Source of the DNA: Azolla caroliniana
Taxonomy: Eukaryota > Plantae > Polypodiophyta
Assembly (NCBI GenBank): GCA_043228905.1
Contig: JBHGNT010000008.1
Location: 19,282,001-19,346,000 of the forward strand
Length of the DNA stretch: 64,000 bases
Direction: 5' to 3'
Shown here: positions 39,851-51,070 of the stretch, piece by piece
Layout: the number at the start of each line of letters is the position of its first letter
Position numbering within the stretch: position 1 is the stretch's first letter
Position numbers and translations under genes: made by a program
The notes under the pieces: generated by a model
The model's database searches: none
What the model was told of the DNA's origin: nothing
What the model saw: only the letters and a program-made list of their open reading frames with translations

Positions 39851-40343
39851 CCTTGGTGCTCACAATCTATTTTCTTCCTATTATATTATCTACCCTATTG
39901 CTAAGTCGCTTGCACTCCTTGTAATGACCCAACGGTTGACAATAAAAGTCATGAAGGAAAAGTGATGCAAGGTAACAAATGTTTCAAATTTATGCTCTCG
40001 GATGCTATGATTGGCAATAGATTTCAAAAACAAAAAGAAATCGATTCTCCTCAATATCTCATACTTCTACATCCGCAAAAGAGAGTAACTTTGCTTCCTC
40101 ACTAAATGATTTATGCTTAGACAAGATAGAATATGACCACAAAAGAGACAAACTTTGGTCCTTTCTCTCATAATCTATGCTTGTTGAGATGGAATATATT
40201 ATTTTAAAAAAATGTGTTCCCCCATTTCGAACTTAAACCAAAATTCAAATAGTTTAAGCAACTAAACCATCGTGTTGTGTTTCAATTTTAGCTCTATCCC
40301 AAATCATTGCTCATTGCTACTACTTCAAAACCATACATATCCC

Positions 40344-40645
40344 TAGGAGTCAGCAATGGCTCAGTTTAAGCCTAAACAAAGCCTTTAAAATAGTTTGGTG
40401 GTTCAATTTAGCTCAATCTTGGCTTGAGCTTTGTTAACCGTTTTGAGCTTGATTTGGTACGGATCAAGCTGAACCAAACCAGATTGGATCAAACTAGTTT
40501 ACAAATTGGTTAATGCTAACAGTTTAGGCTTGAGCTTGGTTTTGTAAGGCTCAAGTTGAACCAAACCGGCTTGGGTCAAACCGGTTTGGTTCAAGTTTTA
40601 AACTTCCAAACCAATTTAGTTGAAACAAACCATTGCTGATTCCTA
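40344..40645. mobile_element. Short hAT MITE related to the 38313-39404 element
   Basis: TIR TAGGAGTCAGCAATGG / CCATTGCTGATTCCTA (15/16). Degenerate 8-bp TSD CATATCCC/GATATCAC. AAACC subterminal repeats. Confidence 0.8.
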
Positions 40646-40689
40646 GATATCACATAATAATAAGAACAAACATTAATGTGAAGTCAAGC

Positions 40690-42180
40690 TAGCATGGGGA
40701 AAGCTGGTGCAAACAGGGCTCCACTCTATAGATGATTGGCGAAGCGCGGTGGCTTTAGGAGGAGCCAAGGAGGTCCCATTCCCTCCCCTCAAGGGAGCCA
40801 TGAAAATGCGGAGATTGAGAACTGAGGCAGTTGATAGGGTTCCGATGGGGGAGATGAGAGAAGATGCTTGGTTCAGTCTCTTTGATGAGGCTGGAAGGGT
40901 TAAGTTGTTGAAGGGCGTGAGCAGATCGGGAAGAGATACAATTTTTTGGGAGAGTCAGAGTAGGGGCTCTTGGCACCCTATCTGCATGGTGGCGCATGTT
41001 GGTAACACCTGGAAGATAGACCCGGATGTTGCTAATGTGGAACCCCATTGGAAGTTATGTGTATATGGTTGTCGGCCCCTCGTCGAACTAGAATGGGATC
41101 TAGGGGATTTTAGGTGGAAACATGATGGCAGATTTCGCCATTTCTTCAAGTACAACACTAAACTGGGCTGAACTTTTCAACTGCAGCTAAACGACCCCTT
41201 ACGCAATGGCTGGCGTACATTGGGCATCCCTGATGAGGTGCTCATTACCTTTTGGAAGGATCTTTGGTGTCTCCACATGCTGGAAAAGATAAAGTTTTTT
41301 TGGTGGCAAATCGATCATAATGTGGTTCCCGTTGGCGAATGGCTAGGTAAACGTAGTGGCCCGTTAGGCTGCCCACTTTGCCATTCACCGATTGAGACTC
41401 TGAGGCATTGTCTGTGGGATTTCCCTCAAGCTCAAAAGGTATGGGATAGAGCGGCTCGCCTCCTTGCGGCATGTGAAGTGGAAGGAACAACATCGTGGAG
41501 TGTTGCGGCATGGCTTGATCACTCTGTTGATAGGTGGACGGACGCCCTCAATGCAGATAGTTGGTGCTACGTATGCATGAGAGGCAAAATTGCCAAAATT
41601 CGATTTGAGAGAGGCTTGAAGTCCGCATCCCCTAGGTTCCAGGACATTTAGATGCTGATCGCAGGCTTCACCCTATGGTATGTATGGAAAGCGCGTTGCC
41701 TAAAGGTCTTTTAGGATCTGATGCGGCCCCCGAAGGAAATGATTATGGACATATGGTTTGTGCTTATCAGCTGCCTATGAGGGCAATTGGACGAGGTTTG
41801 CAGCCATTCCAATGACGTGGTTACTGCCCGTTTGCACTTTTGGTAGAAATGGCAGAACACGCCTATGGTGACACAAGGAGGAAGTGGCCTGAGGTGGAAC
41901 TACCAACCCCCACGTTGGTTGTTTCCAACTCACTTACCACCCTCCCTTCGCTGTTGACCCCAAGAGAGGTGTCTCGTACTAGACATCACTGAAGGGCACC
42001 GTTTTTAGCTATAGGTACTTACATTAAGTAGTTAGTCCGAAAGGCGATGTAACTAGTCTCATTTTCTTGAACCTAATCGGATGGAGATTCCCCGATCTAT
42101 GTATAAGCCTCCTTGTAGAGTCTCTTTGTAATAATCCTTCCTAACTAATGGGAAAGTAGCTTCATTTTGGAAAAAAAAAA
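40690..42180 (+). mobile_element. 5'-truncated L1-type LINE 3' end with poly(A)
   Basis: zf-RVT (KIKFFWWQ…CPLCHSPIETLRHCLWD), LWYVWKARC motif, and A10 tail at 42171-42180. The 5' boundary is approximate. Confidence 0.85.
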
Positions 42181-43094
42181 TCACCATTATATATTCAATT
42201 GACTCAAATGCCCATTCATTGGTTGATGCAGAACATTGTACGCTTATATTACTTCATTATAGCCAACTGTCTTGACCTATTTCAACAAGTGATTGGATGA
42301 GAAGTTGGCATATTATCATGGCGTTGTCTTATCTCTTTGTATCTTGACATGTTTGATTGAGTTGGATACTTTCTTTAGCATGTTCTCCTACATGCATGTC
42401 AAGGCGTTGCATAATGTGTGTGAGAAATTGGTAGTTGTGTTATTTAGCATTGTAACTTAAGACAAAATGTATATATGGGTATTGTACAAATAACCATCGA
42501 TATATAAATTTATAGAGAAGTTATCGCATGTAAATGATTATTCTTTGAGTTTTTTAACATGTAGGGATTATCCAGTACATGGGTCTATATGAATTGTCCA
42601 TAATTGGTTTTATGTTAAAGTCTACTGCAAACAAATCGCTTTTCTTGTCATGAATCTATCACATCACCATATGATCAATACAAGCATACAGTGTATGGCA
42701 ACGGTTATATGTAGTGGTAAGAATAATCAATTTATTCAGGCTAAAAATTGCATATAATCAAATTCAATGTATTAAGGTGTAAGGACTCTCATTGGATTAT
42801 TATTGATGAGTGGAGTGTTCAATTTCTCCAACTTCCCCAACCTACCAAAGATAGGTCAATTAAATGATTTGGTGAACGTTTCATAAATTACCTTGAGTAG
42901 TAACTATATCTTCTTGTATAATCATAAACTTAATTGTTTGTTCATGTATAATCCTTCTTTAATCTCAACCACTATCTATTTCATGCATTTCAATGGTGAG
43001 TACCATTAGATGATGTGTGCATCCATGTCTATTATGGGCCATGGCTTTGTATGATCATCATTTCGACGTGGAGATTGGAATGATATTATGTATA

Positions 43095-43377
43095 TGTTGA
43101 GAATCAAGCTCAACTTGGTCTAGTGTGTGAACTCACCTTGAGAGTGAAGAGACACTCCAACGGTCAAGAGTCACCATTATGTCACCACTTTGTATTCTAG
43201 CATTTAGTATGAGTCATAGAATCATATTCTATGACACATAACTTATGAGCTTTCACATTCCCCATGCTCCATGAGTCTTGTAGTTAATGAAGAGAGAGGG
43301 TGACTACATAAAGCACCCTCCTCCCACCTTGTATTGTGTTGAGTCTTTCTCCTTTGTCAATATACTTTTACCTTGCG

Positions 43378-43427
<50 letters not shown>

Positions 43428-46400
43428 CACACACATAACTCACATCTCTTCTGCTTCACAAGAATCCATCTCTTGATTCTTTACATGGTATCAGAGCGAG
43501 GTTGGTAGCTCGATCTAGCCCATTCGCCTCATCGTGATCGTGTGTTGTCCTCTACGCCAACGACCAAGAACCGGCTCATAGTTATCGTAGCTTCGCTACA
43601 TAACTCACATTCGAAGAGAGAAGAAGAAGAAGAAGAATCGACATGATGAATACTCAAATGGGGAGCGCTCTCCCTACCGAGAAGTTGGATCGAAACAACT
43701 TCGCATCTTGGGAGTACAAGATGCACCAATACCTTGTCGGACAAGGCTATTGGAGCTACATCAAAGGAGCGCATGAAGTCTGACCCGCCGAAGTGGCTCC
43801 CGAATACGCGACATGGGAGCAAGCCGCAAGTTGCGTGATGTATTGTTTGGCGACATGTGTTCACGACCACATGCTCGGTTACATTCGAGAAGCCAAGACA
43901 CCGAAGGAAGAGTGGGAAAATCTACGAAAGATTTTCGCCGCCAACACGACCACAAGGAAGCTTCAACTCCGCCAAGAGTTGAACAACATTCAACAAAGGG
44001 ACATGTCCATCATGACATACAACTTGAAGATCAAGGAGCTTTGCGACTCGCTCGGCTCAATAAGCGTAAGTATAGATGATGATGAGATGGTGCAAATATG
44101 CCTCGGCGGCCTTGCACCACGGTTCGGCGCAATGCGAACCGCCGTTCTAGCATGGGAGAAATCTCCCTCCTTCGAGCTCCAATCAATGCTATTGGTCGAA
44201 GAAAACCACGTGCGTACAAGGAGCAATGAGTCAGAAGGCCACATGCTCTACATGCACTCTAATAGAGGAAGAGGACGCGGACGAGTGAGAGGCCGATTCG
44301 GCCAAGGACAAGGCGGACGAGGTCCGACCTACGACAAAAACTCCCAATTTCGGCCGCAAAACGGAGGCCAACGATGAACCTTCGCAAGAAGGGGGAGCTT
44401 CCACTCTGGCCCGAGCCGTCAACACGCAACCGAATACGGATATTACGGAAAGCTCGGCCACCACGAAGAAGAGGGCCGAAAGAAGATGCGTGAATCGGCT
44501 TCCACAAGCCGACAACTCACGAATTACGCACACAACTCCGACTTCGAAGATCGTGGCGGAATGTATGCGCACAACTCCGACCGTGGCGGAATGTTCATGA
44601 TGAAACATAGAGCAAACTCTATGTCCGCTGCTACCTCAACTAGTGCCTCCGGTCCGGAAGACATATGGTTCGTCGATTCTGGTGCCTCGAACCATATGAC
44701 ATCGCATCAAGAATGGTTCCGAGAACTTCGAGAGCCGGACCGACCCGGCTATGTCGAAACCGGAGACGACACTACGCACCCGATTTGGCACATTGGCGAT
44801 GTTCCGTTCGGAAAAGAAGGTAAGCAAAATTACATTAAAAATGCCTTGCATGTACCGACCATTACGAAGAATTTGGTCTCCGTCAGCCAAATTGTAGAGC
44901 AAGGGATGCAAGTTTGGTTTAATCAAGGGTAGGGCCGGATGTTCATTCTCGATTCACGCGAAATGAAATCTGCCATGTTCGCGAAAAACACGAAAGCCGA
45001 CTCTGACATAGAGCTATGGCACAAACGAATCGGCCACATCAATCTCAACAAACTCAAAGCAATGAAATCAAAAGGAGTCGTCATCGGACTCCCGACATTC
45101 AATGAGAAGGAGATTGAAGGTGTATGCGAAGCGTGCCAATTCGGTAAGCAACACCGACACCCATTCCCGAAAGAGCGAAACGTGAGCAAAGGTCTACTCG
45201 ACGTAGTCCATTCCGATGTATGGGGACCGGCGCAGACAGCTACATTCGGTAGATGCCAATATTACGTGCTCTTCATCGACGACTTCTCTAGGTACACTTG
45301 GATCTACCCGATGCGGCAAAAGAGCGAAGTGTTCGGACACTTCCAAAATAGCGTACCAATCGGAGCTAAGAAAGCCCTCACCTCTACAAATGAAAAGCTC
45401 CGCCGATCCACTCGTGAAAAGAACCCCGTAAGCCGATTCGGCTACAACGATTATATGGCGTACCATTACGTCTTTATGATGAAGGTAGCGATAGTATGGC
45501 AGCCGGAAACTTTTTCAGAAGCTGCGAAGGACCCGCGATGGATCGAAGCAATGAACGAGGAGATGCAGGCACTACGGAAGAACGAGACGTGGGATCTCGT
45601 TCCCACCTCACCACACAAAAAGGCGATCGGATGCAGATGGATCTACAAGGTGAAGTATAATGTTGATGGCTTCGTAAACTGCTACAAAGCTCAACTCGTA
45701 GCGAAAGGATACGCTCAGACGCATGGCGTCGACTACGAAGAGACCTTTGCCCCGATGGCAAAGATGACGACGGTATGGACCGTAATTGCGATTGCCGTGG
45801 CGAAAGGGTGGCACCTCCATCAAATGGACGTCAAGAACGCCTTTCTACAAGGAGAATTAGAAGAGGAGGTGTACATGATCCAACCACCCGGCTTCAACTC
45901 GAGCACCCATCCGAAAGCGATTTGCCGACTCAAGAAGCCACTCTACGGCCTCAAGCAAGCACCGCGTGCTTGGCATTCGAAAATAACGCAATATCTTCAT
46001 CAAATCGGCTTCCGTATGTCAAAATCGGACAACTCCCTCTACATACAAAGCGATTCCGCAAGTCCGATCGTCATCATTTTATATGTGTATGACCTAGTCA
46101 TTGGAGGTGACCATCTCGTCGAAATCAATAAAGTCAAATCCTTCCTTTCCGACAAGTTCGAGATGACGAACATGAAGGAGCTCCACTACTTCCTCGACAT
46201 CGAGGTAATTCGGACTCTAGCCGGAATCATGATCTCTCAACGGCACTACATCCTCAACTTGTTATACAAGTTCGGGATGGCTGAGTGCAAATCCGTGGCA
46301 ACCCTGCTCGATCGCAATCTCAAACTAGATGCGAACTCCGACACCAAAGCGTGTGAGCCAACTCAGTATCGGCAACTCATCGGGAGTCTCATCTACCTCA

Positions 46401-47658
46401 CGATCACTCGATCCGATCTCAGTTATCCGGTCGGTCTCCTTAGCCAATTCATGCAAACACTGCGTGATACTCACTTGGATTGCGCTAAGCGAGTTCTATG
46501 ATACGTGAGCGGCACAATGGATTGGGGCATCCTCTACAAGACCGTGATGCCAATATGCCTCGAGGGGTACACAGACGCCGATTGGGCCGGCTACAAAGCC
46601 GATAGAAGATCAACCTCTAGATTTGTTTTCTCCCTCGGCAGCGGAGCAATATCTTGGAGTAGCAAGAAGCAACCTACCATCGCTCTTTCGAGTACGGAGG
46701 CGGAATACAGGGGCGCAGCCATAGCTGCGTGTGAAGCCATATGGCTCAAGAAGATTTTGAAGGATCTGGGCGTACCCATCAAGGATCCAACTTCCCTTTA
46801 CTGCGACAACATGAGCAGTATCTATCTGGCTAGGAACCCGGTGTTCCACGCGCGGACAAAGCACATCGAAGTGCACTATCACTTCATCCAAGAGCGCGTT
46901 CAAGCTTGCGATGTCGACCTACAACACATTAGCACAAATCTTCAAACGGCCCACATCTTCACTAAAGCCTTAGGAGCCGGCAAGCTATGGCAATTCATGA
47001 CCGATCTCGGATTGACGATCCCTGACCTGCCAAGCTTGAGGGGGAGTACTGAAGACACTACGCAATAACACATAGATTCCGCAACCGCGCACTACGCAAT
47101 AACGCACGGATTCCGCAACCCCACAACGACGCAGCGAAGAGCCGATCTACCGTGCAAAGCCATGAAGAAAGACCCAAGCCGAAGCACAGACTTCGCAACT
47201 ACGCATGCAAGCCGAAGCACAGACTTCGTAACTACGCACAACGCAAGCTGGAGCATAGATTCCGCAACTCCGCATAAATGTGAGTCGACGCGGACTCCAG
47301 AACGCGAGTTGAAGCGGATTTCAGATATCGTCTGAAACCAACCCGACTTGAGCTTGAGGGGGCGTGTTGAGAATCAAGCTCAACTTGGTCTAGTGTGTGA
47401 ACTCACCTTGAGAGTGACGAGACACTCCAACGGTCAAGAGTCACCATTATGTCACCACTTTGTATTCTAGCATTTAGTATGAGTCATAGAATCATATTCT
47501 ATGACACATAACTTATGAGCTTTCACATTCCCCATGCTCCATGAGTCTTGTAGTTAATGAAGAGAGAGGGTGACTACATAAAGCACCCTCCTCCCACCTT
47601 GTATTGTGTTGAGTCTTTCTCCTTTGTCAATATACTTTTACCTTGCGTATTCTCTGTG

Positions 47659-47709
<51 letters not shown>

Positions 47710-47767
47710 CACACACATAACTCACATCTCTTCCGCTTCACAAGAATCCATCTCTTGATTCTTTACA
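43095..47767 (+). mobile_element. Ty1/Copia LTR retrotransposon with internal integrase deletion
   Basis: LTRs 43095-43485 and 47365-47767 (TG…CA). PBS TGGTATCAGAGC (tRNA-iMet) 43486-97. PPT GAGGGGGCG. TSD GTATA/ATATA. Gag, PR (WFVDSGASNHMT), GAG-pre-integrase (LWHKRIGH, CEAC), RT (QMDVKNAFL, LYGLKQAPRAW), RNase H (YTDADWAG, CDN…NPVFHARTKHIE). Confidence 0.97.
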
Positions 47768-47914
47768 ATATACATATTTGGATGTGTGATGGACAAGACT
47801 CATCGCATGTTGTCTATTGTAAAAAAACGCATATTTTCGGAGTCAAATATTTTCCTTACATAGGGTGGTGTTACATATTGCAATAATGATAAAATGGGTT
47901 AAAAAGCTTTGTTT

Positions 47915-48700
47915 GACTAACCATCGGCAAGGTTCGATTTGGTTCGGTTTGAGAGGGTCAAAACCGAACATTTTTTGTGATTGTAGGGCTGAGGCATGCT
48001 TTGGAGAAGCTGAATAATCAAAATGAGCAGTCATTCATTGTCCTTCAGCGGGCATTATGTGAGATATAGAATGACATATGACGCTATCAAATTGCATCAA
48101 AATAGAAGGAATGTTGAGCAATATATGTGGCACAGACTCGAGTGATAAAGACCAAAAATCCATATTCAGCTTGTAAAAAGATGAGGTTTTTTGAACCCAA
48201 TGTTGTTGAGACTGTTGAAGCTACACGAGTGTTCAATAGTTTTCTAGGTAATTATGTTCCAATTTTCTTTGTAATAGTGGACTATTTTGTATATTGCATT
48301 GGGCCACTTTATGTCAATACCAATGGAGGATATTTTTATGGGTAGAGGATCAAAACCGAACTGTTTAAATTTTTTGAAACCTGACTGAACCAAACCACGA
48401 AACCGTTAAACATTTTTCAAACCGTTAAACCATAAAAAATGTTAAAACCGCGGTTTCATGGTTCGGTTTTGGTCTTCAACTTAGGTCAAAATTTTTAAAA
48501 TTTTAAAATTTAAAATTTAAAGATGTTCCTAAAATGTGAGAATTAAGGTCTAAAAATGAAAAGTTTGTTTAAAAACAAATTTTTACAATTTTTTAAAAAG
48601 TAAAAATAAAATAAAAATAAAAAACCGTTGAAACTGTTAAGCTGTGGTTTCACGGTTCGGTTCGGTTCAAACCGAACCATTTATGATTGTTATGTTTGAC
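47915..48700. mobile_element. Degenerate MITE/hAT-like remnant with AACCG/CGGTT subterminal repeats
   Basis: Clusters of GGTTCGGTTT/AAACCGAAC at 47931-47970, 48350-48470 and 48620-48680. TIR and TSD were not resolved. Confidence 0.4.
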
Positions 48701-49839
48701 GGCCTTTCATCATACTATTTTGCTTTTAATTTCGCTCAAACATTACAAAGAAACATGTGCGTGTAATTGTTCACATGCACATCATGTGACCCATGGATAT
48801 ATGTAAACATCAATTAATGCATGCTATATATAAATAGATGTGTGCGTTTGTAATGGGTGTAATGGGTCTCAACTTTCATAATGCACAACAAGAATTAGAA
48901 ATAACAAAAACATGAGGCAAACCAACATAGGTTTTGCGTGGTCATTATGCACACATTTTAAAACCACTAAAAGTATAACTGAAATGATAAACGACCTAAC
49001 CACATTAATAAGTCCATCGGGTTCTATTGTGGATTCTCTATTTAACTGAGGATAACCTAATTCTTTAGTAGGCCTCTTACATAATCAACAAATAATAACT
49101 TTAAAACATGTTCTTTTATATGTTATGCAATATAATAAGAGTTAGATAATGACCAAAATCTAGTTTCTAGTCGGATACATTTCGCACAATACATTGTGAT
49201 AATGTCATATTAAAATAGATGAGAATCTTTGGGTGGCATTGGTTATATCTAAACGCCTTGTTCTATGTGCACATGTATATGTTTTGTCTACTTAGGTTAC
49301 ACCACCTTATATTTATGTGTTCTGATGCCTAAAAGCTTCGATTCACGAACAAAGCTAAAATGTTCAGTTAACGTGATGTTATTGACTTTTATAAAGAAAT
49401 GCCCTCTCCTATAAGAAGTGCCAAATTAGAGTAGCCCAACTCCACTAGTTTATCTATCCACACATCCACATCAATATCACTTCGAATATTTCATCACAAA
49501 AGTTTCTCTTGTCAACCGAAGTGTTCATATTCTTGTAATTGTTATCTTATAACTTATTTAATCAAACAAATTCACATTGAGCGTAACCGTTCATTGGGCA
49601 CATTCATAGATCTTCTTCATATACAAGCCGTATCATCCACTGTCTTATGGACGGCAAAACGCCAATATCAGTCCACCTGAATGAATAGAGCACGTTTCCA
49701 AGATTTGGTATGTATGGACCTCTCCTCGACATGGTCGAGTTTTCGAAACTATATGCATGCCTAATGGGCAGGTCCTAGATGAGGGGTTTGGCCGAGGTCG
49801 AGCCTCTAGCCCAAAGGATCCAAGAAGGACAACTTACAC

Positions 49840-50220
49840 TCTTGATCTTGATCATTCCCCGGACACTCTTGATCTCGACCAATCCCCCGAGGATCCATGG
49901 CCTTCAATATTGATCAAGGATTCATGGCCTTCGATCCACCGATGGATGCCATCGAGTATCCATGGCCTTCGATCTCAATCCATCTGCCAAGTATCCATGG
50001 CCTTCGATCTCGATCGCTCCACCAAGGATCCACGGCCTTCCATATCCATCGATCCACCAAGGATCCATGGCCTTCCGTCTCGATCGATCCGATCCACCGA
50101 GTATCCATGGCCATCCATCTAGATTGATCCACAGAGGATCCATGGCCTTCCATCTCGATCGATCCACCGAGGATCCATGGCCTTCCGTCTCGATCGATCC
50201 ATCGAGGATCCATGGCCCCA
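49840..50220. repeat. ~35-40-bp minisatellite (GATCCATGGCCTTCGATCTCGATCGATCCACCGAG), ~10 copies
   Basis: Recurrent CCATGGCCTTC motif. It probably lies within an unresolved TE remnant. Confidence 0.85.
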
Positions 50221-50699
50221 CCTCTCGGCTTCTTGGATGCTCTCAGAGCCACTGAAGAGCTCTGCAGAATGTCTCACTGCCATTTGAAGAGCCCTGCAGA
50301 ATGTCCTACTGCCATAGAAGAGCTCCACAGAATGTCTTTGTGCCAGAAAACAGAAGGCGCATCCAAGACCTTTTGTGATTTTTCCGGGCAGAGCTTCCAT
50401 AGCCACATGCTTCTTCATCTCCTTTCTTTTGATTCGTCTTCTTCTTCTTCTTCTTCATTTTCTTCTTCCTTTCTTGTTTTTTGAGGTACATATGGTCTAG
50501 ACTCTCCATTTCTTGACTTACCCATTTCAAGGATTATTGACTTGACTCTAGTTGGGAAGACCCAAACTCTGGTAGTAGCATTGACTGTAGTCGGCTTCAC
50601 CATGTGTTCCTTGCCACACCGGAACTTACTATAACATTGCCTGGTCAACGGCTAATGTTCGGTGGCTTGTCAACAACGAATGGTTTTCGAGCTTAATGT

Positions 50700-51070
50700 C
50701 TTGATTCATCCATCCATATGCATTCAATCATATTTTATTGATCCATATATCGTAATTCATCCATTGGGGTCCATGTGTGTTCAGCCGATCGCCAATGTTT
50801 ACTAGTCTAGATGTTGTGATTCAACCATTGGCATCCATATGTGTCAAATCGATCATCAATGTTTTCATCCATCAAGGTCCATATGTATCAAATTGATCGC
50901 GAATGTTTTCCGATCTAGATTCATGATTCATCCATTGGCATCCATATGTGTCAAATTGATCACCAATGTTTTCCGATCTAGATGTCACGATTCATCCATT
51001 GGCATCCATATGTGTCGAATCAATCGCCAATGTTTTTCGATCTAGATGTTGTGATTCATCCATTGCAACT
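50700..51070. repeat. ~63-bp degenerate tandem repeat, ~6 copies
   Basis: GATTCATCCATTGGCATCCATATGTGTCAAAT…AATGTTTTCCGATCTAGATG recurs. Confidence 0.8.

Larger units (their letters stand above)
27197..39946 (+). mobile_element. Penelope-like retroelement (no visible endonuclease) with inverted left arm; carries nested Gypsy, pogo/Tigger and hAT insertions
   Basis: PLE-type RT, 3' hammerhead ribozyme, related 3'-terminal motif facing outward at both ends, and a flanking 51-bp direct repeat. Confidence 0.85.

Noticed and set aside
27197-39946. DIRS-like or TIR DNA transposon interpretation of the inverted ends
   Set aside because: There is no tyrosine recombinase, RNase H or transposase belonging to the outer element. 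The RT motifs and hammerhead are PLE-type, and the inverted match is short and imperfect.
43090-43094. Copia and Gypsy insertions both have a GTATA target
   Set aside because: A 5-bp AT-rich coincidence between two events is not evidence of shared specificity.
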